Assembly: GCA_016215445.1 (NCBI GenBank)
Contig: JACRJL010000003.1
Location: 154,924 to 218,923, forward strand
DNA length: 64,000 nt
Origin: Candidatus Roizmanbacteria bacterium
Lineage (GTDB): Bacteria; Patescibacteriota; Microgenomatia; UBA1406; GWC2-37-13
Direction of reading: 5' to 3'
The notes beneath the pieces are model-generated. The model saw only the letters and a program-made list of their open reading frames with translations. It was not told the origin of the DNA and made no database searches. Below, one piece after another: positions 29,392 to 39,180 of this stretch (its first letter is position 1; each line of letters begins with the position of its first letter). The position numbers and the translations under genes were made by a program.

Positions 29392-30387
29392 ATGTTTAAA
29401 CAAGCTCGAATAAAATTGACTCTTTGGTATTTATTGATAATAATGTTTGTCAGCATTTTTTTTAGCCTGGTGATTCACCGAGGGTTGATTGCGGAGGTCA
29501 ATAGAGTTACTCGGATGGAGCAACTTCGGTTTGAGAGAGGTTCATTTGACTATCGGGTCTTTCACCCAGCCTTTTTGGATCCGGAAATAATTGAAGAAAT
29601 CAAAAGAAGGATCACCTTTGGTTTAATAACCATCAATGGAATAATTTTTGTCAGTGCTGGCGCTTTGGGATATTTTTTGGCTGGAAAAACCTTAAGACCG
29701 ATTCAAGAAATGGTCAATGAACAGAACCGTTTTATTTCAGACGCATCACATGAGCTGCGCACTCCCCTGACGTCTTTGAAAACCTCGATCGAAGTCGGAC
29801 TGAGAGACAAAGATATCGACTTAGAAAGCGCGAAAAAATTAATCAACGAGAATCTTTTGGAAATCAATAAACTGCAATCTTTGTCAGAAAATTTGCTTCA
29901 ACTTACCCAATATAAAAGCGGAGACAACCATTTAAAATTTGAAAAAGTTCCTGTGAAAAAAATAATCAATGAAGTTTTCAAGAAAATCGAGATAATTGCC
30001 AAAGAAAAAAAAATAGAAATTAGAAATAAAGCCGGAAACTATTTTGTCAGAGGAAACAAATATAGCTTGACGGATCTTTTTATTATTCTTTTGGATAACG
30101 CTGTCAAATATAGTCGAGCCAAATCCGAAGTTATTATTTCTACTAAAAAAAATAATAAAACTGTTTCTATTTTTTTCAAAGACAAAGGGATGGGGATTGC
30201 GGAAAAAGATCTGCCTCATGTTTTTGATAGATTTTATCGAGCGGATAAGGCTCGGGGGAGAGACGGGTATGGACTGGGGTTGGCGATTGCCAAGAAGATT
30301 GTTGAAAGTCATGGTGGGGAAATAAAAATAGAGAGTAAGTTAGAAGAAGGAACGACAGTAAAAGTTTCTTTGCCGATTTTCAGTTAG
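29392..30387 (+). CDS. sensor histidine kinase
   Basis: H-box SDASHELRTPLT, N/G boxes (DNAVKYS, GLGLAIAK), 2 TM segments. Confidence 0.9.
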   Translation: MFKQARIKLTLWYLLIIMFVSIFFSLVIHRGLIAEVNRVTRMEQLRFERGSFDYRVFHPAFLDPEIIEEIKRRITFGLITINGIIFVSAGALGYFLAGKTLRPIQEMVNEQNRFISDASHELRTPLTSLKTSIEVGLRDKDIDLESAKKLINENLLEINKLQSLSENLLQLTQYKSGDNHLKFEKVPVKKIINEVFKKIEIIAKEKKIEIRNKAGNYFVRGNKYSLTDLFIILLDNAVKYSRAKSEVIISTKKNNKTVSIFFKDKGMGIAEKDLPHVFDRFYRADKARGRDGYGLGLAIAKKIVESHGGEIKIESKLEEGTTVKVSLPIFS

Positions 30388-30410
30388 ATTTAAGATTTAG
30401 TTCTTAAAAT

Positions 30411-30589
30411 AAGACTCGGAAACGTAATTTTTATCACACGAGAGTCTTTCCCTCGCCTAAAGGCGGGGCCCCTCTCGAAAGTGAAAAAATCACATTGCCT
30501 CGTCTTTTAAAAGCGAAGATACCAAATTTATTTGCGCTTTTGGGGTGTAGGGGCTCCCACTGCGTCAAAAAATTTCGGTATCGAGCTTT
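30411..30589 (+). repeat. structured GC-rich intergenic repeat, copy A (long form)
   Basis: Shares AAGACTC..ATTTTTATCAC..GAAAGTGAAAAAAT..CCTCGTCTT..CAAATTT..CG(G/T)T(A/G)TCGAGCTTT with 59109-59227. Confidence 0.75.
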
Positions 30590-30595
30590 ATAAAT

Positions 30596-31879
30596 ATGAA
30601 TAAAATAAAAAATTGGTTTATAAAACTTTCTTTAATTAAAAAAATAATTATCATAGTTATTGTTCTATCTCTTGGTTTTTTTGGCTATTCAAAAATTTCT
30701 TCTTCATCAAAAAATAAAGTTTCTTACGAAACTACTAAAGCCGAAAAAGGAAACTTGGTTGTTGCTGTCACCGGGTCGGGGACGGTGTCTTCGAATAACA
30801 ACAGCAACGTGACGACTCAAGCCACCGGCGTTGTTAAGACTTTATATGTCAAAGACGGTGACGTCGTCAATACGGGTGATAAAATTCTTGAGATCGATCT
30901 TGATCTTGAGGGTCAACAAAAAAATGCCCAGGCCTGGGCTTCTTATCAAGGGGCACAAAATTCACTCCAATCTGCCAAAGACTTTTTATATACCGCTCAG
31001 GCAGAACTTTATACTAAGTGGCAGACTTATTTCGATCTATCCGAAAGTGATAAATATATGGGGAGTGACGACAAGCCGAAGACAGAAGAAAGAAATAATA
31101 ATAAGGAATTTTTGATTACCCAAGACAACTGGTTGGCGGCCGAGGCTAATTTTAAACTAAAAGAAAAAGCCGTTGATCAGGCGCGAACATCTTTGACCGC
31201 TGCTTGGTATTCTTATCAACAATCATCACCAATTATCTACGCGCCGATTTCCGGAACGGTTTCCGGTCTGTCTTTGCAGGTTGGATCGGTAATCAATTCC
31301 CAGTCGAGTTCAAATACAACAGCAACGACCAATAAGATTGCCGGTGTGAGAACAGACGCCATGCCGATGATTGCAATTAATTTGACCGAGATTGACGTAC
31401 CAAAAATCAAAGTCGGGGACAAAGCGACAATTACTTTTGACGCTTTTTCCGACAAAACATACACCGGAAAAGTTATTAGTTTAGATTTGATTGGAACGAT
31501 TGCATCAGGTGTGACTTCTTATCCGACGGTAATTTTGCTCGACACGAAATCCGATCAAATTCTACCCAATATGGCGACATCGGCTAACATCATTACCGAC
31601 ACAAAAGACGACGTTTTACTGATTCCAACTTCTGCCGTAACGACGGAAAACGGAACCTCAATAGTTCAAGTCATGAAAAACGGCAAACCGCAGACAGTCG
31701 AAGTTGAAGTAGGACTGTCATCCGACGAGCAAATAGAAATTACTTCAGGATTAAAAGAGGGTGATATTGTTGTTACTTCAACCACTCAATCGGAGGCAAC
31801 GTCCGGTTCTTCTACAAACAGGTCGACTTCGCCGTTCGGAACATTCGGTGGCGGAGGTAATTTAAGAATCGCCCGCTAA
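30596..31879 (+). CDS. efflux transporter periplasmic adaptor (HlyD/MacA family)
   Basis: N-terminal TM helix, biotinyl-lipoyl-like segments (V..GD.V..GD.L) and a coiled-coil hairpin. Sits upstream of MacB-like genes. Confidence 0.85.
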   Translation: MNKIKNWFIKLSLIKKIIIIVIVLSLGFFGYSKISSSSKNKVSYETTKAEKGNLVVAVTGSGTVSSNNNSNVTTQATGVVKTLYVKDGDVVNTGDKILEIDLDLEGQQKNAQAWASYQGAQNSLQSAKDFLYTAQAELYTKWQTYFDLSESDKYMGSDDKPKTEERNNNKEFLITQDNWLAAEANFKLKEKAVDQARTSLTAAWYSYQQSSPIIYAPISGTVSGLSLQVGSVINSQSSSNTTATTNKIAGVRTDAMPMIAINLTEIDVPKIKVGDKATITFDAFSDKTYTGKVISLDLIGTIASGVTSYPTVILLDTKSDQILPNMATSANIITDTKDDVLLIPTSAVTTENGTSIVQVMKNGKPQTVEVEVGLSSDEQIEITSGLKEGDIVVTSTTQSEATSGSSTNRSTSPFGTFGGGGNLRIAR

Positions 31880-31881
31880 CC

Positions 31882-32574
31882 ATGATAAAAGTCAAAGACA
31901 TTTCAAAAATTTATCAAACCGGAACAGTTGAAACAGCTGCCCTTGCCAATATTTCGTTTGAGATAAAAAAAGGCGATTATGTGGCGATTATGGGTCCTTC
32001 GGGATCTGGTAAATCAACTTTAATGCACATTATCGGGATATTAGATAGTCCGACAAAAGGAGAATATTTTTTGGACGGGCAAAAAGTCAGCCAGCTTTCC
32101 GAAGACGAAGCGGCTGAGGTTCGCAACCACAAGATCGGTTTTATATTCCAGGCCTTCAATCTTTTGCCGAGGACAACCGCTCTCCAAAATGTCATACTCC
32201 CGATGAGATATGCCAATATTTCCGTTGAAGAAAGAGTAGAGAAAGCAAAAAAATATCTGACGATGGTCGGGTTGGGAGACAGAATGAATCATACTTCAAA
32301 CCAGCTGTCCGGGGGACAACAGCAACGGGTGGCAATCGCGCGGGGTCTGGCAATGAATCCGGCAATTCTTCTCGCTGACGAGCCGACCGGCAATATCGCC
32401 TCGGCTCAAGCAGAGGAAATTATGAAAATTTTTGAGAAGTTAAATCAGGACGGCCATACCATTGTCATGATTACTCACGAGGCTGACATCGCCGATCACG
32501 CCAAAAGAGTTATTCACCTAAAAGATGGAAAGATTATTAAAGACGAGAGAAATGGTAAGAAAATAAAAAAATAA
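31882..32574 (+). CDS. ABC transporter ATP-binding protein (MacB/LolD type)
   Basis: [24 protein letters not shown] and LLADEPTGN motifs. Confidence 0.93.
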   Translation: MIKVKDISKIYQTGTVETAALANISFEIKKGDYVAIMGPSGSGKSTLMHIIGILDSPTKGEYFLDGQKVSQLSEDEAAEVRNHKIGFIFQAFNLLPRTTALQNVILPMRYANISVEERVEKAKKYLTMVGLGDRMNHTSNQLSGGQQQRVAIARGLAMNPAILLADEPTGNIASAQAEEIMKIFEKLNQDGHTIVMITHEADIADHAKRVIHLKDGKIIKDERNGKKIKK

Positions 32575-32576
32575 AT

Positions 32577-33806
32577 ATGGAAGATTTAATCGAAACCATT
32601 AAAGAAAGTTTTGGAACATTGACGCTGAACAAAATGCGCACGGGTCTGGCGATTCTTGGCATTGTCATCGGCATCGGCAGTGTTATTGCCCTAATTTCTT
32701 TAGGTCAAGCGAGTCAAAAATCAATTCAAAACAGTATCCAGTCTTTAGGAAGTAATCTTTTGACAGTGATGCCAGGAGGACAGAGAAGTGGAGCCATCCA
32801 GGGTCCATCAGGTGGCGGAACAACCCTGACTTTGGCTGATGCCAAGGCAATCGAGTCGACTTCAAAAATTACCACCATCAATTCCGTTTCTCCTGAACTG
32901 TCTCAACGCAGTCAGGTGACCGCTGGCAGAAACAACACTAATACTTCGATTCTTGGTGTCTATCCGCAATATTCAACGATAAGGAAGGTTGATATAGCAA
33001 ACGGAGTTTTTATCAGTCAAAGTGACGTCGACAACGTGAGAAAGGTTGCCGTCTTGGGGCCGCAGGTCGTCGAAGACCTTTTTGGGGAGGGGTCGACCAA
33101 TGTCGTTGGCCAGACTATTCGAGTCGGTGGACAGCAACTCAAGGTAATAGGAGTGACAGTTTCAAAAGGAGGTAGCGGTTTCCAAAACCAGGACGATCGG
33201 ATCTATGTTCCCTTGTCAACAGCGCAGAAGCAGTTGTTTGGTGTTAACTATCTGTCGTCAATAGCTGTTGAGGCAAAAAACGCCAATGTGATGATCGATG
33301 CCCAAAACGAAATCGGCTATTTTCTCTTGGAAAAACATAAATTAAGTGATCCGGCCAATGCCGATTTCTCAATTTTTTCTCAAAATGATATTTTAAATAC
33401 AGCGTCGCAAGTGACAGGAACATTCACCGCTCTTCTTGGAGGGATTGCGGCGATTTCACTTTTAGTTGGAGGAATAGGAATCATGAATATAATGTTGGTG
33501 ACGGTGACAGAAAGAACAAGAGAGATAGGCTTAAGAAAAGCCTTGGGAGCCAAGAAAAAAACTATCATTACCCAGTTTTTGACAGAAGCAATCATTCTCA
33601 CTTTCACAGGAGGGATATTAGGGATGGTTATAGGGGTAATTATTTCTTATATTTTAGCGATCGTTATGAGTTTACCGTTTACGATTTCTTTTTCGGCTAT
33701 AGGGTTGGCAATCGGAGTATCAGGAGCAATAGGCATTATTTTCGGTTGGTATCCTGCGCAAAAAGCAGCGGGGTTGCAACCTATAGAGGCGTTGAGATAT
33801 GAATAA
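32577..33806 (+). CDS. ABC transporter permease (MacB/FtsX type)
   Basis: MacB periplasmic domain plus a C-terminal FtsX domain (ERTREIGLRKALGAKK). Confidence 0.9.
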   Translation: MEDLIETIKESFGTLTLNKMRTGLAILGIVIGIGSVIALISLGQASQKSIQNSIQSLGSNLLTVMPGGQRSGAIQGPSGGGTTLTLADAKAIESTSKITTINSVSPELSQRSQVTAGRNNTNTSILGVYPQYSTIRKVDIANGVFISQSDVDNVRKVAVLGPQVVEDLFGEGSTNVVGQTIRVGGQQLKVIGVTVSKGGSGFQNQDDRIYVPLSTAQKQLFGVNYLSSIAVEAKNANVMIDAQNEIGYFLLEKHKLSDPANADFSIFSQNDILNTASQVTGTFTALLGGIAAISLLVGGIGIMNIMLVTVTERTREIGLRKALGAKKKTIITQFLTEAIILTFTGGILGMVIGVIISYILAIVMSLPFTISFSAIGLAIGVSGAIGIIFGWYPAQKAAGLQPIEALRYE

Positions 33807-33868
33807 TATTAAGCTTTGATAATTTATTATCTTCGCTTTAAAAATCTAGAAAGGTGGTGAAAATTAAT

Positions 33869-34297
33869 ATGAAGAATAATTTAATACTTATAATAATTTT
33901 AATTTTGTTAGCCGCCGGAGGTGGTTTTTATGGTGGCATAAAATACCAACAGAGCAGAAGAGTGATTTTTAGTGGTCAGTTTGGCAATGGTCAGTTCATG
34001 ATGAGGAATGGACAGGGAATTCAAAACGGAAGCAAAATTAATAGAGGAGGGTTTAAGCCAGTAGCAGGTGAAATAATTTCATCCGATGAAAATTCAGTTA
34101 CAGTTAAGTTACAAGACGGCTCGAGTAAAATCGTGATTTTGTCGGATAAAACGGAAATCAACAAAGCGGAAAAAGTTGAGAAAAGCGAATTGAAAAGCGG
34201 AACAAAAGTGGCTGTCTTTGGAACCGAAAATTCCGACGGCTCGGTCAGCGCTTTGAATATTCAAGTCAATCCGACTTTGAAAAATCAATCTCTATAA
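33869..34297 (+). CDS. small membrane-anchored/secreted beta-domain protein (DUF5666-like)
   Basis: AAGGTGGTGA SD about 8 nt upstream of ATG 33869, signal anchor, GEIISSDENSVTVKLQDGSSKIVILSDKTEI. Confidence 0.6.
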   Translation: MKNNLILIIILILLAAGGGFYGGIKYQQSRRVIFSGQFGNGQFMMRNGQGIQNGSKINRGGFKPVAGEIISSDENSVTVKLQDGSSKIVILSDKTEINKAEKVEKSELKSGTKVAVFGTENSDGSVSALNIQVNPTLKNQSL

Positions 34298-34304
34298 TTA
34301 AACT

Positions 34305-35345
34305 ATGAGAAAAATTATATTAGTTTTATTGTTGTCGGTTTTTGTGGTTATTGGTTTCAAATTTTTTAAAAAGGGAACTGATAGGATAATTAATCCATTA
34401 ACAGACCAAGTAAATTTTAACGAAGATCAAGGAGGCTCAGATGCTGAAATGGACGCTTTGTCTATAGAGAATTTGCGAAAAGGAAATTATCCCGGAAGTG
34501 ACATAGTTATCGAGGAAACTCTTTCACCCGGGTCAAATTATAAGCGATATATAGTTTCTTATAAATCAGAAGGTCTGAAAATTTATGCACTGTTAACTGT
34601 TCCAAACGAAGACCGGCCAAAAACAGGATGGCCGGTGGTTATCTTTAATCACGGATATATCCCGCCTTCAGAATACAGGACGACGGAAAGATATCTTGCC
34701 TATACCGATGCCTTTTCCAGAAACGGATATATTGTTTTTAAGTCTGACTATAGAGGACACGGATCATCCGAAGGTGAGTCTAGAGGCGGTTATGGTTCAA
34801 ACGATTATACGATTGATATTCTAAATGCGGTTGCTTCAATAAAAAAATTTAAGGATGTCGATATAAATCGGATCGGTATGTGGGGGCATTCGATGGGGGG
34901 GTTTATTACTTTAAGAAGTATGGTTGTTTTAAAAGACATTAAGGCCGGAGTCATCTGGGCGGGCGTCGTTGCTTCGTATCCCGACCTTTTGAATAATTGG
35001 CGGAGGGGAACTTTTACTCCGCCGTCGTCTATTCCGAGTCGAGCCTTGGGGTGGAGGAATCAGTTGATAAGTAAATACGGAACGCCTGAAGAAAATCCTG
35101 AATTTTGGAATTCAATATCGGCAAATTCATTCCTTAAAAACATTTCCGGACCTATTCAGTTACACCACGCCGTAACCGACGACCACGTACCGGTTTTGTT
35201 TTCGGAAAAGTTGGAACAACAAATGAAAGAGGCTAAAAAAGAAGTTGAGTTTTTTAAATACGAAAACGACGACCACAATATAGCTAATAATTTTAATATC
35301 GCGATGCAGAGGTCAGTGGAGTTTTTTGATGAATATTTAAAATGA
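34305..35345 (+). CDS. alpha/beta hydrolase (S9 prolyl-oligopeptidase/dienelactone-hydrolase-like)
   Basis: GHSMGG nucleophile elbow with C-terminal D...H, plus a signal anchor. Confidence 0.8.
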   Translation: MRKIILVLLLSVFVVIGFKFFKKGTDRIINPLTDQVNFNEDQGGSDAEMDALSIENLRKGNYPGSDIVIEETLSPGSNYKRYIVSYKSEGLKIYALLTVPNEDRPKTGWPVVIFNHGYIPPSEYRTTERYLAYTDAFSRNGYIVFKSDYRGHGSSEGESRGGYGSNDYTIDILNAVASIKKFKDVDINRIGMWGHSMGGFITLRSMVVLKDIKAGVIWAGVVASYPDLLNNWRRGTFTPPSSIPSRALGWRNQLISKYGTPEENPEFWNSISANSFLKNISGPIQLHHAVTDDHVPVLFSEKLEQQMKEAKKEVEFFKYENDDHNIANNFNIAMQRSVEFFDEYLK

Positions 35346-35368
35346 TATAGCTTGACAGCGTATTTTTC

Positions 35369-36196
35369 TCAAAACAGGTGTCTCGCTTTCCTGCGTTTTA
35401 AAAATATTAAATATATTATTCCCACATAAACCAACATTATTCCAAGTCGCGCGAGGCTGAATTCCTGGTCAATTCCAAAAAAACTTCTGATAAAGTGACC
35501 AACGACTCCGTGTTTATCGGGTAGAAAATTGAGGGGAGTCGCCAGTATTTTTGACAGTTCTATATTAAATCCGTGTTCAAAAAGCTCGGTAAAGCCGTTT
35601 TGGACGAGGGCGGCTCCCAAAAGAATAATCATATATTCGGTAACCTTGAAGACTTTTCCTATAGGGAATTTTATATACGCAAAAAAAGTCAGAATTCCTA
35701 GCGCCGTTGCTGAGGCAAATCCGATAATAAGTCCTAACATGTTTTGCATGAAAGCGGAAAATAGAGAAGTGCTGGCCGTAAACAAAGCGATTTCAAATCC
35801 TTCGCGGAAGACCAAAAAGACAATCGTAAAAAATAAAGACAGATCAAAGGTATTTTCCTGAAGTTTATTGTGGGCTTCAATAATAGATTCTCCTTGGCCG
35901 CGTCTGATAACGCCGTGGAGAGAGAAGACTACGTAGGCCAAGAAAAAACCCGAAAAAATCATCAGATAACTTTCTAAAAGTTCGGCATTTTTTTCGGTTA
36001 AAACTCCTCGAGCGCTATCGCCGTAAATGAAAGTTATCGTCGCCAAAAGAAAAGAGAGGATGACTCCCGTGATAGCAGCAATGGCGATCTCGACCTCTTT
36101 TTTAATTTTTAGTTTCTTCGAAATTCCCAAAAAAACTCCGACGATTAAAAATGCCTCCAAGAACTCCCTGAAAGCGATCACGGCTGTAGTAATCAT
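35369..36196 (-). CDS. FTR1 family iron permease
   Basis: Two REXXE motifs (REFLE, REGFE) and 7 TM segments. Confidence 0.85.
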   Translation of the reverse strand: MITTAVIAFREFLEAFLIVGVFLGISKKLKIKKEVEIAIAAITGVILSFLLATITFIYGDSARGVLTEKNAELLESYLMIFSGFFLAYVVFSLHGVIRRGQGESIIEAHNKLQENTFDLSLFFTIVFLVFREGFEIALFTASTSLFSAFMQNMLGLIIGFASATALGILTFFAYIKFPIGKVFKVTEYMIILLGAALVQNGFTELFEHGFNIELSKILATPLNFLPDKHGVVGHFIRSFFGIDQEFSLARLGIMLVYVGIIYLIFLKRRKARHLF

Positions 36197-36264
36197 TATG
36201 TTTAATCTATACTAAAATTGTAATAGTTAAAATTATAGAGAAGGTTTAGAATAATTACAAATGT

Positions 36265-36873
36265 TTATTTTTCCCCGATAGTCACGGATTTTACCGTTAC
36301 AGGTTCGAGAGGAGTAGAAGTTTCTCCTTGGGGATTGGATTTAACCGGTGCGCTGGCAATTTTGTCTACGACCTCGATTCCAGTCAATACTTTTCCGAAA
36401 ATAACATAGTTTTTCGGTAGGGGATTATCTTTATGCATAATAAAAAACTGACTACCATTGGTGTTGGGTCCGGCGTTGGCCATGGCGATTGTGCCTCGGG
36501 CATATTCTCCCGTAAATGGCTCATCGTCGAATTTATATCCCGGTCCTCCTGAACCGTTTCCGACGGGATCTCCACCTTGAATCATAAAGCCGTTTATAAC
36601 CCGGTGAAAAATCGTGTTGTTATAAAAATTTTTTTTAGCCAGAGATACGAAGTTGCTGACCGTAACGGGAGTTTTATCACCATAAAGCTGTAAGATAATC
36701 TTTCCTTTAGAGGTATCTAAGGTAGCTGTATACTGTTTTTTACTGTTTATTAAAGGAAAAGGATATTTGTTTTTCATGGTATTTTTTATATCATTCGGGC
36801 GATTAGTAATAATAACATAAAAAACTACACTCGTAAAAACGATTAGTCCATAAAGAAGTATTTTTTTCAGCAT
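36265..36873 (-). CDS. cyclophilin-type peptidyl-prolyl isomerase, membrane anchored
   Basis: FHRVINGFMIQGGDP and SQFFI motifs. Confidence 0.92.
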   Translation of the reverse strand: MLKKILLYGLIVFTSVVFYVIITNRPNDIKNTMKNKYPFPLINSKKQYTATLDTSKGKIILQLYGDKTPVTVSNFVSLAKKNFYNNTIFHRVINGFMIQGGDPVGNGSGGPGYKFDDEPFTGEYARGTIAMANAGPNTNGSQFFIMHKDNPLPKNYVIFGKVLTGIEVVDKIASAPVKSNPQGETSTPLEPVTVKSVTIGEK

Positions 36874-36894
36874 TTAAAAATTATATCAGAAACC

Positions 36895-37281
36895 TTACTC
36901 TTTGATAGAACTCATCACTTCTTTTACTTTTTCAATTATTTCTTCTAGTTTAACATTGGACTTGATCAAATAGTAGGTCGGTTGCGTTTGAATGACGTTT
37001 TGGATTATTTTGTCATTGGCGTCTAGGTTAGTCAAGACTATAACTCGGACTGTCTTTCCATAGTTTCCGCTTTCCCGTAATTTTTTAAGCATTGTCATTC
37101 CGTCCATTTTCGGCATGAGAAGATCCAGTAGTATAAGTTGAGGCATTTCCCTAAGAGCAACTGTTAACCCGACTTCTCCGTTTTCAGCTTCGAGGACAGT
37201 CAAGCCTTCATTCAAAAATCTGTCTTGAAGAACTTTTCTCAAAGCAGCGTCATCTTCAACGACAAGTATTTTTTTAGTCAT
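36895..37281 (-). CDS. single-domain response regulator (receiver only)
   Basis: MTKKILVVEDD...LLDLLMPKMDG. Start set at ATG 37281, 16 nt after the kinase stop. Confidence 0.85.
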   Translation of the reverse strand: MTKKILVVEDDAALRKVLQDRFLNEGLTVLEAENGEVGLTVALREMPQLILLDLLMPKMDGMTMLKKLRESGNYGKTVRVIVLTNLDANDKIIQNVIQTQPTYYLIKSNVKLEEIIEKVKEVMSSIKE

Positions 37282-37297
37282 ATAATTATTTATTAAT

Positions 37298-39133
37298 TTA
37301 TAATTTTCCTTTTGGGACAATGACTGTAAATGTTGTTTTTTCGTCGGAGGATTCAAAAGCAATCTTACCTTTTAGGCGATCCACGATTGATTTAACAAGA
37401 TAAAGTCCAAGGCCGTTTCCGAGTGAATCCATAGTTTTGGCTTTTTCTCCCCTAAAAAATTTCGTGAATAACTTTCTTTGATCATCTTTTTCAATGGCGA
37501 TACCATGGTTAATAACTTTGATTGTGATTGTTTCTTTTTCTTCAATATTTAAAAAGATATCGGTTTTCGGATTACTGTATTTAATGGCGTTGGTGAGTAA
37601 ATTGAGCAAGATCATTTTGATCAAACTAACGTCGGTTTTAATAAATATCGCCTCTTTGCTATATTTATCAACGACAGTTAAGCTCTTACTTTTTATCTGG
37701 TTATTGAGCTCTTTGATTATTCCTTTGCTGATTTTGACCAAATTAATTTTTTCCGGTTTGATCGTAAAAGTTCCAAGTTCGATTCGAGAAACATTTAATA
37801 AAGCGTCGACTAACTGAATCATTCCTTTATTAGCCTGATAAATCTCTTTTAGATAGTCGTCTTTTTTCTTGTCGTGAATTCTGTTTTTAGTCAAGAGTAA
37901 TTCGGCGTGCCAGCTAATTGTGGTCAAAGGAGCTCGAAGCTGATGGGCGGCAAGAGAAACAAACTCTGTTTTAGCCTGATCAACTTCTTTTTCATGAGTG
38001 ATATCTCGAAATACCTCGATGGAACCGATCATGGTATTATTCAAAAAGATCGGTGTCACAGTCGCTGAAATAGGAAATTTTGTTTTGTTTTTACGAACAT
38101 AGTAGTGGTTTGAAGTTGATATTTGTTTACCTAATCTTAGAGTTTTTGTCAACGCCCGTTTTTCCGTAGTGATGGGTTTTCCCGATTCGTCGAGAATAAT
38201 AATTTTGTCGACAAGTTTTTTTCCGACGAGCTCTTCAAATTTATATCCCAAAAGAAGTTCTGCGGTAGGATTCATCATTGTGATGCTACCGTTTTTATCA
38301 GTAGCAATGAGTCCTTCACCGATGCTTTTTAAGATTGCTTCGTCTTTCACTTTTTCAACTTCAATTATTTCTTCATATTGTTTTCTTTCCGTTATATCTG
38401 TAGCGACTCCAAGAATTTGTTTAGGTCGGTTTTGAACTATTAAAGGTACTTTTATAGTTTGAAACCATTTTGTCTTTCCAGTTTTTGGATTTGTCACGGG
38501 TTCTTCGGGTATGAACTTTGGTTTTTTAGATGACATTACTTCGCGATCGTCGGAAAGAAAATGTTTCACCTCCTCTTCGTTCTTGTTAAAATCAGTGTCT
38601 GTTTTTCCTAATAAGCTATCGATGGTTGCTCCGTAGACGTCGGCTACGGCTTTGTTAATGAAAGTGAATCTACCATCCCAATCTTTGGCAAAGATTAGAT
38701 GAGGGTCTGTATCGACGACTCGGCGTAAAAATGTCCTTTGTTCAATTAATGCATCGGAAAGGTTTTCAAGAAGAGTGACATCTTCCTCGCTGGCGACAAA
38801 ACCAATCAATTTTTTTTGCTTATTTAAGATGGGTGAAATACGACCGATAGCAATATAAATTTCTCCGTCTTTCCGCCTATTTTTGAATTCAGCGATAAAA
38901 GGCTTCTTTTCAATTTTTATTGTATGCCAGAGATTTTTGTAAAATATTTTATCCATCAGCCCACCCCAAAGCTTAGGAGTTTTACCGATCATTTCCTCCT
39001 TGGAATAGCCCGTTGTTTTTTCGGCGCCATGGTTGGCATAGACTATTTTTCCTTCTGTGTCTGTGATGACTATATGATTGGAGGCATTTTCAAGAGCGAG
39101 TTTGAACGTCTCCGCTTCATTGAGATTGTCCAT
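37298..39133 (-). CDS. multi-PAS sensor histidine kinase (cytoplasmic)
   Basis: About three PAS/PAC repeats, H-box LAAHQLRAPLT and an HATPase_c domain. Start set at MDNLNEAE. Confidence 0.88.
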   Translation of the reverse strand: MDNLNEAETFKLALENASNHIVITDTEGKIVYANHGAEKTTGYSKEEMIGKTPKLWGGLMDKIFYKNLWHTIKIEKKPFIAEFKNRRKDGEIYIAIGRISPILNKQKKLIGFVASEEDVTLLENLSDALIEQRTFLRRVVDTDPHLIFAKDWDGRFTFINKAVADVYGATIDSLLGKTDTDFNKNEEEVKHFLSDDREVMSSKKPKFIPEEPVTNPKTGKTKWFQTIKVPLIVQNRPKQILGVATDITERKQYEEIIEVEKVKDEAILKSIGEGLIATDKNGSITMMNPTAELLLGYKFEELVGKKLVDKIIILDESGKPITTEKRALTKTLRLGKQISTSNHYYVRKNKTKFPISATVTPIFLNNTMIGSIEVFRDITHEKEVDQAKTEFVSLAAHQLRAPLTTISWHAELLLTKNRIHDKKKDDYLKEIYQANKGMIQLVDALLNVSRIELGTFTIKPEKINLVKISKGIIKELNNQIKSKSLTVVDKYSKEAIFIKTDVSLIKMILLNLLTNAIKYSNPKTDIFLNIEEKETITIKVINHGIAIEKDDQRKLFTKFFRGEKAKTMDSLGNGLGLYLVKSIVDRLKGKIAFESSDEKTTFTVIVPKGKL

Positions 39134-39180
39134 AATATTAGTATATATTAAACTAATATCAAATAAGTAATAGAATATCA

